DNA of 64,000 nt from Methanomassiliicoccales archaeon PtaU1.Bin124 (GCA_002067865.1 MVRC01000012.1:166474-230473), one strand, 5' to 3'. Counted from the stretch's first letter, positions 9,627-19,984 are shown. The notes: generated by a model from the sequence alone, not told the origin. Translations and numbers: made by a program.

Positions 9627-9824
9627 GGGGGCAGACCTCCAATGAGCGTACACTGGGAATGCGGGCGATAAGCCTAATGTCCGCTCGTTGTTCGTTACGG
9701 CAGACGGGGTCTCTTTTTAAAAAGCTCCCTTCCTAGTTACCAGAAATGATATCGTGCACGAGCTGACTGGAGACATCGGCCAGCAAGAAAAATGGAAGAA
9801 TAGAATGAAAACGTTTGGACGAAA

Positions 9825-9884
9825 TCACTTCTTCTTCTCGTCCTTCTTTCCCTTGCCTCCGCAGCCACATCCCTTTTCAGCCAT
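9825..9884 (-). CDS. 19-aa Lys-rich micro-protein MAEKGCGCGGKGKKDEKKK
   Basis: Perfect RBS GGAGGTGA (9891-9898) 6 nt upstream of ATG; TATA TTAAATAT at 9929-9936. Confidence 0.7.
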   Translation of the reverse strand: MAEKGCGCGGKGKKDEKKK

Positions 9885-10079
9885 TCAGATTCACCTCCTA
9901 TGACTTAGGGTATCGAGTCATTCACCACATATTTAACAATTATACCGGAACCCGCCGGTTCCCTGAACCCTCCAATTGAAGTGGTCTCTCCAATTATGAA
10001 TGAAATGTGCGATGAGAAATGACATCTCGCCGTGCTCGTGGAGATGTGCCTCAACCAAGTGGCGATCAAATTATTAGGA

Positions 10080-10197
10080 GAAAGGGTGGGGAGAGAATGT
10101 TGGAGGATCCTCTCCCCTCGGTTTTTTATCTTCCAGGAGTTGGAGTCCTGGAGGAGTCTCTAGGGGTGTCCAGTTCAAAAACCAAAGACTGAACGGA
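10080..10197 (-). ncRNA. Candidate sRNA of about 115 nt with three hairpins, two with CUCCAAC loops
   Basis: TTTATA at 10219-10224; UCCAGGA-CUCCAAC-UCCUGGA; GGGGAGAGGAU-CCUCCAAC-AUUCUCUCCCC; G-U pairs favour the minus strand. Confidence 0.6.
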
Positions 10198-10247
10198 ACG
10201 AGGCCATTAAGTTCCCCCTATAAACGCTTAACGTTAGCTCGTTCCGT
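10193..10247. promoter_or_regulatory. Perfect 10-bp inverted repeat flanking a TATA box (operator or acs 3' hairpin)
   Basis: ACGGAACGAG (10193-10202) ... CTCGTTCCGT (10238-10247), TATA in the 35-bp spacer. Confidence 0.55.
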
Positions 10248-10263
10248 CATTTTCGAAGAATTT

Positions 10264-12240
10264 TCACTTTTTCATCATGCGCTTGTTCTCCGCGACCAGC
10301 TTGTCCACTACGGCCGGGTCGGCGAGGGTGGTCGTGTCGCCCAATTCCTCCGATTGACCGGAGGCGATCTTGCGCAGGATGCGGCGCATGATCTTGCCGC
10401 TGCGAGTCTTCGGCAGGCCCGAGGCGAATTGGATCACGTCGGGCGCGGCGATGGGTCCGACCATTCTGCGCACGTGCAGGACGAGCTCCTTCTTCAGCTC
10501 GTCCTTCTCCTCGATGCCAGCCTTAAGGGTGACGTAGGCGTAGATGGCCTCTCCCTTGATCTCGTGAGGCATCGGTACCACCGCCGCCTCGGCCACCTTC
10601 GGGTGGGAGACCAGCGCCGACTCGACCTCGGCCGCGCCGATCCTGTGCCCGCTGACCTTGATGACGTCGTCCACGCGGCCCATGATCCAGACGTACTTGT
10701 CCTGGTCCATGCGGGCCGAGTCGCCTGTGAAGTATACGCCGGGGAAGCGGCTCCAATAGGTCTCCTTGAACCTCTCATGCTGACCGTAGACGGTCCTCAT
10801 GATGCCAGGCCAGGGCTTCTTGATGACCAGATAGCCTCCCTCGTTCACCGTCGCCTCCTTACCGTCCTCCTTCAGGATGGCCGGCTCGATGCCGAAGAAC
10901 GGCCTGGTGGCGGAACCGGGCTTTGTCACCGTGGCTCCAGGTATGGGGGTGATGAGGTGACCGCCGGTCTCGGTCTGCCACCACGTATCGACGATGGGGC
11001 AGTTCTCGTGGCCGATGTTCTTGTGGTACCACATCCAGGCCTCGGGGTTGATCGGCTCTCCGACAGTGCCGAGCAGGCGCAGGGAGCTGAGGTCCCTGCC
11101 GTTGGGCCACTTCTCGCCCTCCCTCATGAGGGAGCGGATGGCGGTCGGGGCGGTGTAGAACACGTTGACCTTGAACTTCTCCACGATCTGCCAGAAGCGG
11201 TCCATGGCCGGGTAGGTGGGGATGCCCTCGAACACGATCTGGGTCGTGCCTGCGGACATCGGTCCGTAGGTGATGTAGCTGTGACCGGTGATCCAGCCGC
11301 AGTCGGCGGTGCACCAGTAGACGTCCTCGTCATGGTGGTCGAAGACGTACTTGAAGGTCAGGGTGGCGTACACCATATATCCTCCAGTGGTGTGCAGCAC
11401 GCCCTTCGGCTTGCCAGTGGAACCGGAGGTGTAGAGGATGAACAGCGGGTCCTCCGCATCCATCCAGACCGGGTCGCACACGGGCGAGGCGGTCTTCATC
11501 TCCTCATGGTACCAGGTGTCCCTGCCCTCCTCCATGACGACCTCGTTGCCGGCCCTCTTTACGACGATGACGCTCTTGACGGACGTGCCCTTCTCCAGGG
11601 CCAGGTCGGCGTTGGACTTCAACGTTACAAGTTTTCCGCCGCGGTGGTTCCCGTCGGCGGTGATGAGCACCTTGCACTCGCTGTCGGCGATGCGGTCGCG
11701 CAGCGATTCGGAGGAGAAGCCACCGAACACGATGCTGTGGATAGCGCCTATCCTGGCGCAGGCTAGCATGCTGAAGACGAGCTCCGGGATCATGGGCAGG
11801 TAGATCGAGACACGGTCGCCCTTCTCCACGCCCTTGCTCTTCAGCACGTTGGCGAACTTGGAGACCTCATAGAGGACCTGTTGGTAGGTGAAGGTGCGGA
11901 CATCCTCGTCGTTCTCTCCCTGCCAGATGATGGCGGCCTTGTTCTTGTTGGGGCCGAGGGCATGACGGTCGACGCAGTTGTAGCAGGCGTTGAGCTTGCC
12001 TCCCTCGTACCACTTGATCTTGGCCTCCTTGACGTCCCAGGAGTGAACGTTGTGCCACTTGGCGAACCAGTGGAGGCAGTCCGCGTGCTTTTCCCAGAAG
12101 GCGGCCGGGTCCTTGATGGACTCGTCGTACATCTTCTGGTACTGTTCCATCGACTTGATGAGCGCGCGCTCGCTGAACTGCTTGGGCGGCTCGAACCTGC
12201 GGTCCTCCTCCATCACCGACTCGATCGTCTTTTCGCTCAT
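10264..12240 (-). CDS. acs: AMP-forming acetyl-CoA synthetase
   Basis: [36 protein letters not shown]. Confidence 0.97.
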   Translation of the reverse strand: MSEKTIESVMEEDRRFEPPKQFSERALIKSMEQYQKMYDESIKDPAAFWEKHADCLHWFAKWHNVHSWDVKEAKIKWYEGGKLNACYNCVDRHALGPNKNKAAIIWQGENDEDVRTFTYQQVLYEVSKFANVLKSKGVEKGDRVSIYLPMIPELVFSMLACARIGAIHSIVFGGFSSESLRDRIADSECKVLITADGNHRGGKLVTLKSNADLALEKGTSVKSVIVVKRAGNEVVMEEGRDTWYHEEMKTASPVCDPVWMDAEDPLFILYTSGSTGKPKGVLHTTGGYMVYATLTFKYVFDHHDEDVYWCTADCGWITGHSYITYGPMSAGTTQIVFEGIPTYPAMDRFWQIVEKFKVNVFYTAPTAIRSLMREGEKWPNGRDLSSLRLLGTVGEPINPEAWMWYHKNIGHENCPIVDTWWQTETGGHLITPIPGATVTKPGSATRPFFGIEPAILKEDGKEATVNEGGYLVIKKPWPGIMRTVYGQHERFKETYWSRFPGVYFTGDSARMDQDKYVWIMGRVDDVIKVSGHRIGAAEVESALVSHPKVAEAAVVPMPHEIKGEAIYAYVTLKAGIEEKDELKKELVLHVRRMVGPIAAPDVIQFASGLPKTRSGKIMRRILRKIASGQSEELGDTTTLADPAVVDKLVAENKRMMKK

Positions 12241-12332
12241 GCGATTTTTTCCTCCATTAGCCCGTGAATTCTATGAAATGGTTGGAAGATATTGTTTGCT
12301 CGGCAGACATAATAGCATGCCTTTTTTAAGAG

Positions 12333-12412
12333 TTTCGAAAAGCGCATCAAGAAAACATTCATAATTATACTTTTCGAATTATTTCGACGATAATTGTCGA
12401 TTATTTCGAAAA
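12333..12412. promoter_or_regulatory. TCGA-repeat palindromic operator array upstream of acs
   Basis: TTTCGAAA at 12333; TTTTCGAA...TCGAC-N7-GTCGA...TTCGAAAA at 12371-12412. Confidence 0.5.
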
Positions 12413-12627
12413 ATTATAGTGATTTTGCGAGAAAATACGTACGATTTGCGGGATTATCCGCACGACTCCCGCAGAAGTGCATCGGAATTCGTATGAGGGT
12501 TATGGGAATCCCTATTTCGAGGTAAACAATCATGGTCATCAATCGTTGAGACCGCCAATATGCTGGATAGAAAAATGGATTGTCTCGGGCATCGACTCGC
12601 GACGATGCCGTCATCGACCCTTGACGA

Positions 12628-13380
12628 TTATCTCCTGCTCTTCGCCGCCTCTATCGTGCTGGCGCTGGTCAGCACGACCTTCTCCTTGTCGATACGGGAG
12701 GCGAGCTGGTTTATGACCAGGAACGCCACCAGGCCGACCGCCGCGGAGACCAGTATGACGGAGATGTTCACCGCGCTTTCCCCGATGATGGCCGGACCGA
12801 GCGCCATCGAACCGAAGAACATCACGAAGAAGGCGATCATGCTCACCATCGAGCTCGCCCTCATGTCCATGACCAGCGTGGTATAGCCGATGATGCCGGC
12901 CATGGCCAGCGTGAACAGCGGCGTGGTCAACAGTATCTGCAATGCTATGATCGCCGAAGGCAGCACGATCTTCGACGCGAAGATCATCGGCACCATCATG
13001 TAGATGCCGATGGCCAGCATGGCGAACGGCACCGAAATGACCGTGACCGCGATGAGCTTCCCGGTCCACAGCGAACGCAGGCCGAGCGGGGTGCAGAGCA
13101 GGGATTCCATGATGCCCCCGAACTTCTCAGACTGGAAGACGCCAGATGTGAGGATGTAGGCCATCATTCCGCCCATCAGGGGGGCCATGGTGAATATCTG
13201 GGCGGTCATGAACTGCTCGGTAATCATGTCGGGGGACAGGGAGCCGATGCTCATCAGCGGGTTGATCAGCCCGAACCAGAGGGTGAAGAAGAGGGCCAGC
13301 AGGATGGTCTTGCGGCTGTTCAGCATCTCCCGCAGCTCCTCCCTCGCCACGATCTTCGTCTGCGCGTCCATCCTACGCAC
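12628..13380 (-). CDS. ABC-2 type exporter permease
   Basis: Six TM segments; SEKFGGIMESLLCTPL...GK motif; coupled to ATPase. Confidence 0.88.
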   Translation of the reverse strand: MRRMDAQTKIVAREELREMLNSRKTILLALFFTLWFGLINPLMSIGSLSPDMITEQFMTAQIFTMAPLMGGMMAYILTSGVFQSEKFGGIMESLLCTPLGLRSLWTGKLIAVTVISVPFAMLAIGIYMMVPMIFASKIVLPSAIIALQILLTTPLFTLAMAGIIGYTTLVMDMRASSMVSMIAFFVMFFGSMALGPAIIGESAVNISVILVSAAVGLVAFLVINQLASRIDKEKVVLTSASTIEAAKSRR

Positions 13381-14302
13381 CTCCCTTGGTGCTTCCGACG
13401 GTCCTCAGGTAGATGTCCTCGAGAGAAGTGTCCACGGACCTTACCTGACGTATCCTCACTCCCTTCCCCGCCAGAAATGCGATGAGGTCGGGGGAGTCAG
13501 CCGTGGCCACCGGGACCACCAACATGCGCCCGTCCCTCTGGGTACCGGCGTAGGAGGACAGCGGCTGAAGTAACTGTTCTGCCTTCTGGGCGTGGGCATC
13601 GTCCTCCATCTCGACCTCCACCTGGGGCTTGGCGAAGTTGCTCCTGAGGGATTCCAGGTCGTTGCACGCGCGGATGCGGCCGGCGACGATGATGCCGACA
13701 TGGTCGCAGATGCGCTGCACCTCGTCAAGGTTGTGGGTGTTGATGAAGATGGTCTTCCTGCCCTTCTTGGACAGGGAGATGATAAGCTCCCTCATGGCAT
13801 GCTGCGCCTCCGGATCGAGACCGGATGACGGCTCGTCCAGGAACAGGATCTCTGGCTGGTGGATGACCGCCCTGGCCAGACCGATCTTCTGCTTCATGCC
13901 CTTGGAGTACTTGCCGACCTTCTCGTCGGCCCGGTCGAGAAGACCGACCATTTCCAGCGTCTCCTTCACGGCGCTGTCCACGTCCTTGACCCCATACAGC
14001 TTGGCGAAATAGGACAGGTTGCTTCTGGCGCTGCGGTTGAGATAGAGGCCGTTGTTCTCCAGCATGACGCCGAAGCGCTTCATCTGCTCCCCGCCGTCAG
14101 TCAGCGGGACCCCCTCCACCAGCACCTCTCCGCTGTCGGGGCGGAGAAGGTTCAGCATGATGCGCAGGGTGGTCGTCTTGCCGGCCCCGTTGGGACCAAG
14201 GTAACCGAAGACCGAACCCTGCTTCACCGAGAAGCTCACATCCTGCAAAATCTGACGCCCCTCGATGCTCTTGGAGACGTTCATCACCCGGATCGATTCC
14301 AT
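13373..14302 (-). CDS. ABC exporter ATP-binding protein
   Basis: GPNGAGKTT, YSKGMKQK, LFLDEP, H-loop. Confidence 0.95.
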   Translation of the reverse strand: MESIRVMNVSKSIEGRQILQDVSFSVKQGSVFGYLGPNGAGKTTTLRIMLNLLRPDSGEVLVEGVPLTDGGEQMKRFGVMLENNGLYLNRSARSNLSYFAKLYGVKDVDSAVKETLEMVGLLDRADEKVGKYSKGMKQKIGLARAVIHQPEILFLDEPSSGLDPEAQHAMRELIISLSKKGRKTIFINTHNLDEVQRICDHVGIIVAGRIRACNDLESLRSNFAKPQVEVEMEDDAHAQKAEQLLQPLSSYAGTQRDGRMLVVPVATADSPDLIAFLAGKGVRIRQVRSVDTSLEDIYLRTVGSTKGGA

Positions 14303-14439
14303 TTCATTTCACCGATTCCAGGCCTTCTGGCAGGGCATCCTATGTCCTGCCAAGACGTGTCCTGGATGGACCGCTCCGAGATTGTCCCAGCTATATCAAG
14401 CTGTTGCAGCTTCTAAAAAATGATGTGCTGGAAGGTGCC

Positions 14440-15291
14440 TCAGTCCTCTTCCCTGATGAAGATGCCCTGGTCGATCTCCTTGAACGCCTGTTCCACCTCA
14501 GCATCGGTGTTCATGACCACCGGGCCGCCCCAGGCGATCGGCTCGCGCAGCGGTCTGCCCGAGGCGAAGAGGAATCTTGCCGCCCCCCTCCCAGCCTTTG
14601 CCACGATCGTATCGCCTTCGCCGAAAAGGACCGTGTGCTCGTCCAGCCCTACCCTTCCCGGGTCCGGGCCGAACGTGGGCCTGCCCTCATACACGTAAGC
14701 GAAGCAGTTGATGCCCGCCTTGACCTTGTGCTCGAAGGCCGCCCCCGGCCCCATATGGACATCGAACAGCTCCACCTGTATGGTGAGATCGCGCATCGGC
14801 CCCTCGACCCCTCCAAACTTTCCTGCGATGACCTTCACCTCGCATCCCTCCGATGGCCTCGCGATGCCGATATCATTGGCCAGGATGTTGTTGTAGCGGG
14901 GGGCCATCATCTTCATGGCACGGGGCAGGTTGACCCACAGCTGGAAACCGTTCAATATCTTTCCTTGAGGCATCTCCTCGTGCATGACCCCGCGGCCGGC
15001 CGTCATCCACTGCACGTCCCCCACATTGACGACACCGGTGTTCCCGCTGGAGTCGCGATGGTGGATCTCTCCGGCCAGTATGTACGTGACCGTCTCGATG
15101 CCCCGATGAGGGTGGAGGGGGAAGCCTGGACGGAACTCGCTGGGGGCGTTGGAGCCGAAATGGTCCAGCAGCAGGAACGGGTCCAGCTCCTTGGCCTCAT
15201 CCCGCCCGAACGCCCGTCGCAGCCTCACGCCCGCGCCGTCGCTCGTCTCCATGCTGGATAGCACTCTGGTGACTGATCTGATCATTGTCAT
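14440..15291 (-). CDS. Pirin family protein
   Basis: DPFLLLDH, HPHRGIETVT, WMTAGRGVMHEE, QLWVNLP, GPVVMN. Confidence 0.95.
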   Translation of the reverse strand: MTMIRSVTRVLSSMETSDGAGVRLRRAFGRDEAKELDPFLLLDHFGSNAPSEFRPGFPLHPHRGIETVTYILAGEIHHRDSSGNTGVVNVGDVQWMTAGRGVMHEEMPQGKILNGFQLWVNLPRAMKMMAPRYNNILANDIGIARPSEGCEVKVIAGKFGGVEGPMRDLTIQVELFDVHMGPGAAFEHKVKAGINCFAYVYEGRPTFGPDPGRVGLDEHTVLFGEGDTIVAKAGRGAARFLFASGRPLREPIAWGGPVVMNTDAEVEQAFKEIDQGIFIREED

Positions 15292-15345
15292 GGAAGGAAG
15301 CTTGTCATCCTCGGGAATATATCACTGCCGATTGCTCAAGGCCGA

Positions 15346-16572
15346 TCACTTGTGGTTCGCCTTGGCCTTCCTTCTCCCCTTCCAGTTCCGGCTGTCAGAC
15401 CTCACATACATGAAGAGCGGGATGGACGACAGCTGCAGACCGACCGCCAGCACTATCATGGACGGCATGGACAGGTCGAACAACAGGCCGATGAGCACGC
15501 TGCCCGAGAACCACGCTATGCCGAACACGGCGTTGTAGTAGCCGAATGCAGAGGCGCGGCGGCAGTATGGGGCCATGTCGGCCACGATGGCGCGCATGAT
15601 CGATTCCTGCGCCCCGAACCCTATGCCATAAAGGACCATTCCCACCAGCATCAGCGCAATGTTGCCGGAGAATATCAGCGGCACGAACAGCGGCGCGATG
15701 AGCAGCCCTACGATCAGTATGCCCATCCCCTTGTGATCGTACAGCCTGCCGAACACCAGGGCGGAGAGGGCGTCAGCTCCCATGGCCAACGCGTAGAGTA
15801 TGGGCATGAGGTCGTCGGCCACCATCTGGGTGTCGGAGAGGTAATAGGAGATGATGGGGAAGTCGATGTAACCGGCGGCCACCAGCGCCGCCCCCGCCAC
15901 GAAGTACCAGTAGGCAGATGGCAACCTCTTCCTGGTATCGATCTTGGTGCAGCTGCCCTCCATGTCCCTGGGCCTGGGGTTGATCTTCCATGCGTAGACC
16001 AGGAGGACCATGGCCATCAGGGCCGGTATCGCCAGCACGAGGAATCCCATGCGGTAGTTCCCGCCGATCAGCATGATTAGCACCACTATCATGGGGCCGA
16101 GCATCCCGCCGACCGATGACAGCGCCTCCTGGACGCCGTATGCCCATCCCCTTCCGGTATCGACCGATGCATGGGATAACATGGCGTCCCTGGCCGGGCC
16201 GCGGATGGCCCGACCGACCCTCTCCACCAGCATGAGCGATACGGCGAAGGGCCAATCCCCCGCGAGGGCCAGGGCCGGCACTGCCACGAGGTTTATGCCA
16301 TAACCGATGAACGTCAGCGTCCAGTAGCGTCCGGTTCGGTCCGTGACCCAGCCGAAGACCACCCTGAGGCTGTAGCCGGCCAGTTCGCTCAGGCCTGAAA
16401 TGATGGCCACGATCGCCGCTGACGCTCCTAGCGCAGCGAGGAACGGCCCGGTCATGACCCGGGAGCCTTCGTTGGCCATATCGGCCAACAGACTTACGAG
16501 CCCAAGAACGATGACGAATACGACGGCCAGCGGCCATTTCTTCCTTTCCGGCGCTTCCTTCTCTTCCTGCAT
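15346..16572 (-). CDS. MFS transporter
   Basis: About 12 TM segments; GWVTDRTGRY and GRLYDHKG motif A. Confidence 0.92.
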   Translation of the reverse strand: MQEEKEAPERKKWPLAVVFVIVLGLVSLLADMANEGSRVMTGPFLAALGASAAIVAIISGLSELAGYSLRVVFGWVTDRTGRYWTLTFIGYGINLVAVPALALAGDWPFAVSLMLVERVGRAIRGPARDAMLSHASVDTGRGWAYGVQEALSSVGGMLGPMIVVLIMLIGGNYRMGFLVLAIPALMAMVLLVYAWKINPRPRDMEGSCTKIDTRKRLPSAYWYFVAGAALVAAGYIDFPIISYYLSDTQMVADDLMPILYALAMGADALSALVFGRLYDHKGMGILIVGLLIAPLFVPLIFSGNIALMLVGMVLYGIGFGAQESIMRAIVADMAPYCRRASAFGYYNAVFGIAWFSGSVLIGLLFDLSMPSMIVLAVGLQLSSIPLFMYVRSDSRNWKGRRKAKANHK

Positions 16573-16775
16573 CCCATCCCTCCATCCCTCCGCGGCCTCG
16601 ATCTGTCAGACAAATGTCAGCCGTCGAAGCCGGTAGGGCTTGATGCGTTATTTATACCCTTTCTTTGGTAGATGGCCAGATGTACAATTTCTCAGGAATA
16701 CCAAAAAATTAGTCGGACGTCGATATGAACATCGACAAATGTGGAAGTTCGGGGGATTTGACCCCCTAAATGATT

Positions 16776-17291
16776 TCAAGCTAGGATGGGGAACCTTTTC
16801 ACGATGCCCATCTCGCCCCAGCGCTTGCCGCATCCCAGATATTGTCCAGCCTGCACCCTTTCCAGCACGAACAGTGCGAAGATGTAGATGATGTGATCGT
16901 CGATGATCGGGTTGTTGGCCGGGGGGATGTTGCTGGACCAGAGCAGGAGCATCAACAATGTTCCTCCGTAGAACGCCAATCTCATCCCTATGCCCAGTAT
17001 CAGGGCGACGCCCAACGCCAGCAGGGCAAGCATGAAGATAACGTCCACGACCGCGTTCCCTGCGATGCTGTGGTAGAACCCCTCCAACAGGCCGCTCGAG
17101 CCATACTTCAGATAGCCCTCGGTCGGCGAGAATCCGTTGATCCAGCCATGTCCTGATTGAGTGGCATAGCCCAGCCCGAACAGCTTGTCCAGGAACGCCC
17201 AGAGGAACAGCCACCCGAGCAATATTCGCAAACCTCCCCAGCCCCATTCCGTCTTGAAGGCGGGGACCAGATGACCCGGATATTCGCTCAT
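16776..17291 (-). CDS. DoxX family membrane protein
   Basis: LRILLGWLFLWAFLDKLFG...SPTEGYL...NPIIDDHIIY. Confidence 0.85.
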   Translation of the reverse strand: MSEYPGHLVPAFKTEWGWGGLRILLGWLFLWAFLDKLFGLGYATQSGHGWINGFSPTEGYLKYGSSGLLEGFYHSIAGNAVVDVIFMLALLALGVALILGIGMRLAFYGGTLLMLLLWSSNIPPANNPIIDDHIIYIFALFVLERVQAGQYLGCGKRWGEMGIVKRFPILA

Positions 17292-17355
17292 GAAACTTGC
17301 TTGGGAAAAAATGGTATTTAATGCTGTCTTAAAAGGAATGAAGGGGAAAGGGGTT

Positions 17356-18303
17356 TCAATTCACATGCTCAGGGGGCGGGCAGGCCTTCTTTCCCCGGTT
17401 CTTGATCAGCGAGGCCAGGATCGTCACGACCAGGATGCCAACGATGACCAGCAGGGACAGGATGACCGGGATGTGGATGAAGCTGGCCAGCAGCATCTTC
17501 GTGCCGACGAACGCGAGGATGGCAGCCAGACCGTACTTCAGGTAGCAGAACAGGCCCATCACGCTGGCCAGCAGGAAGTACAATGACCTCAGGCCGAGGA
17601 TGGCGAAGGCGTTGGAGGTGTAGACGATGAACGGGTCCTGGGTGATGGCGATGATGGCCGGGACGGAGTCTACCGCGAACACGATGTCGGTGGTCTCGAC
17701 CACCAGCAAGGCCACGAAGAGCGGAGTGGCCATTAGGATCTCCTTCTTCCACACGAAGAACTTCGACCCCTCGTAGTTCTCGGTGACGCGGAAGACCTTC
17801 CTAAAGCCACGAACGACTATGTTGTGGTCTGGATGGACCTCAGCGTCCTCCTTCTTGATGGCGATCTTGATGGCGGTGAAGATCAGGAACGCCCCGAAGA
17901 TATAGATGACCCAGTCGAACTGCTGCACGACCGCTATGCCGGCGAAGATGAACAGGCCGCGGAAGAGCAAAGCGCCCAGGACGCCATAGAAGAGCACCTT
18001 GTGATGGTCCTCCTTTGGCACCGCGAAGTAGGAGAAGATGAGGATGAACACGAACATGTTGTCGACGCTGAGCGCCTCCTCCATGACGTATCCAGTGGTG
18101 AACTCGAGCGCCTTTTCTCCCCCATACCAATACCACACCAGGATGTTGAAGATGACAGCCAGCGCGACCCAGAACAGCCACATCTTGACGGCTTCTTTCG
18201 CCTTGATCTCATGGGCCTTGCGGTTGAAGAATCCCAGATCAAGGGCAAGCATTGCGATGATGAAAACGAAGAAAAGGATCCATATGAGATTTTGATCAAC
18301 CAT
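17356..18303 (-). CDS. terC: TerC/Alx family metal homeostasis membrane protein
   Basis: EEALSVDNMFVF, ETTDIVFAVDSVPA, TSNAFAILGLRSLYF. Confidence 0.93.
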   Translation of the reverse strand: MVDQNLIWILFFVFIIAMLALDLGFFNRKAHEIKAKEAVKMWLFWVALAVIFNILVWYWYGGEKALEFTTGYVMEEALSVDNMFVFILIFSYFAVPKEDHHKVLFYGVLGALLFRGLFIFAGIAVVQQFDWVIYIFGAFLIFTAIKIAIKKEDAEVHPDHNIVVRGFRKVFRVTENYEGSKFFVWKKEILMATPLFVALLVVETTDIVFAVDSVPAIIAITQDPFIVYTSNAFAILGLRSLYFLLASVMGLFCYLKYGLAAILAFVGTKMLLASFIHIPVILSLLVIVGILVVTILASLIKNRGKKACPPPEHVN

Positions 18304-18424
18304 CTTGGTTAACTCCCAATACGCCGTGGCCTACATGGCCACTGTGTGCCGTCATCCAAAGGGGGATTGGGTGGGCGTTAATAAAGACTGCGGACGCACC
18401 ACTTGGGAGATCGGGGTTATGCCA

Positions 18425-19516
18425 TCATGCGAACAGCACCACGCCGATGAAGACCGCGTAGAGGGCGCCGCCCAGCATCAGGCCCCGCACATGTATCTCG
18501 TCCTTCCTCGCCTCGAAGAACAGGATGACCGCGCTCAGCATGGCGATGAAAATGCTCAGCGCCTGCAGCATCTGTCCCTTGTCGCTCAGGTCGATGGCCC
18601 AGTTCGTCATTAGGATACCGATGGTCACAGGGATGCACGATTGGAACACCATGGCGCCTGTGATATTGCCGATGGCGAAGGTGTCCTTCCCCTCCCTGAT
18701 CCAAAGGAACGAGTTGAACTTCTCCGGCAGTTCCGTGGCGATCGGGACAATGAGCAATGCCAGCACTATGGCCTGGATGCCAAGCGAATGGGACATGAGC
18801 TCGATCTGCTCCACGAAAATGTTCGCTCCTAATATTATCGCCCCGAGCGAGAGGATGATCTGCAGGATTATCTCCCAGGTGTCCGGCTCCTTGGTGCGCA
18901 GGACCGAGTCGATCTTCCGCTCCACCGGGTCTAGCAGACCGTCTATGACCTTTCCGCCCCTCAGCTCCACCTTATCGGTCAGTTTGCAGATGTATAGAGG
19001 ATCGACCTCGTCATCGGCGCAGGTCTCGCCGGTCTTCATGGTGTAGTAGACGTAGACCACATAGATCGGCACCAGCAGGCAACCGATGGCCAGGTGGACC
19101 TCGTGCAGATCGGCCGGAAGGAACGCCGCCACCACGGCTATGGAGTAGGCGATGAGGAAGAACTTCAGGTCGCGGCGCATCAGTTGCCCGCAGACCTTCA
19201 ATGTCTTGCGCTTTCTCTTCTTGGCGAAGATCAGTACGCTCAGGCCGCAGACGAACAAGGCCAGGGTGGCGAGCATGAACGGCGCGCCGAGGATGGAGCC
19301 TACGCCGATCTCCTCGCTGGCGCCGGTGGACATGAAGAATATGGCGATGATGGGAATGACCGTTTCCGGTAGGGCGGTCCCGACCGCGGCCAGTACCGAA
19401 CCGACCGCCCCCTCTGAAAGATGGAACTTCTTGCCGGCCCATTCCACCCCGTTGGTGAAGAACTCGCAGCCGATCAGAATGATGCCGAGACTGATGATGA
19501 ACGTCAGTATGTCCAT
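18425..19516 (-). CDS. Sodium/calcium exchanger (CaCA) family antiporter
   Basis: Alpha repeats AVGTALPE and PIATELPE...GNITGA. Confidence 0.9.
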   Translation of the reverse strand: MDILTFIISLGIILIGCEFFTNGVEWAGKKFHLSEGAVGSVLAAVGTALPETVIPIIAIFFMSTGASEEIGVGSILGAPFMLATLALFVCGLSVLIFAKKRKRKTLKVCGQLMRRDLKFFLIAYSIAVVAAFLPADLHEVHLAIGCLLVPIYVVYVYYTMKTGETCADDEVDPLYICKLTDKVELRGGKVIDGLLDPVERKIDSVLRTKEPDTWEIILQIILSLGAIILGANIFVEQIELMSHSLGIQAIVLALLIVPIATELPEKFNSFLWIREGKDTFAIGNITGAMVFQSCIPVTIGILMTNWAIDLSDKGQMLQALSIFIAMLSAVILFFEARKDEIHVRGLMLGGALYAVFIGVVLFA

Positions 19517-19570
19517 GCGACCAGGGAGCCTATCATCGGTCGGTTAATAAAGGTATCAGATGCGATAATT

Positions 19571-19984
19571 CTACCATCCGCCCATGGAGCGCTGTAGGTA
19601 GGCCAGTATCTCGTCCCTCGAGCGACGGAAGGCCTGCAGCTTCTCCTCATCCGTGCCTTCCACGACGGAAGGGTCCTGGAATGGTCTATGGATTATCTTG
19701 TTGCCGGGGAAGAAAGGACAGGACCGGGCGGCATCGTCGCATACGGTCACGACCACATTGAACATCCAGCCCCGGAACTCGTTGATGCTCTTCGAGCGCT
19801 GGGCGGAGATGTCGATGCCTATCTCCTTCATGCAGGCGACGGCCATTGGATGGACCGAAGAAGGTTCCACGCCGCCGCTGTACGCCTTCCATTTGTCCCC
19901 ATACTTTGCGTTTACCAATCCCTCGGCCATCTGGGACCTGGCGGAATTATGCGTGCAGATGAAAAGGACGCTCCTCTTGTCCAT
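19571..19984 (-). CDS. arsC: Arsenate reductase ArsC (LMW-PTP fold)
   Basis: VLFICTHNSARSQMAEG, VTVCDDAARSCPFFPG, DP; start trimmed to ATG 19984. Confidence 0.88.
   Translation of the reverse strand: MDKRSVLFICTHNSARSQMAEGLVNAKYGDKWKAYSGGVEPSSVHPMAVACMKEIGIDISAQRSKSINEFRGWMFNVVVTVCDDAARSCPFFPGNKIIHRPFQDPSVVEGTDEEKLQAFRRSRDEILAYLQRSMGGW

Noticed and set aside
9930-10030. 30-codon ORF MSFLIAHFIHNWRDHFNWRV... and two TTGGAG sites on minus
   Set aside because: No RBS and atypical codons; complementarity to the sRNA loops is only 6 nt with no evidence the region is transcribed.
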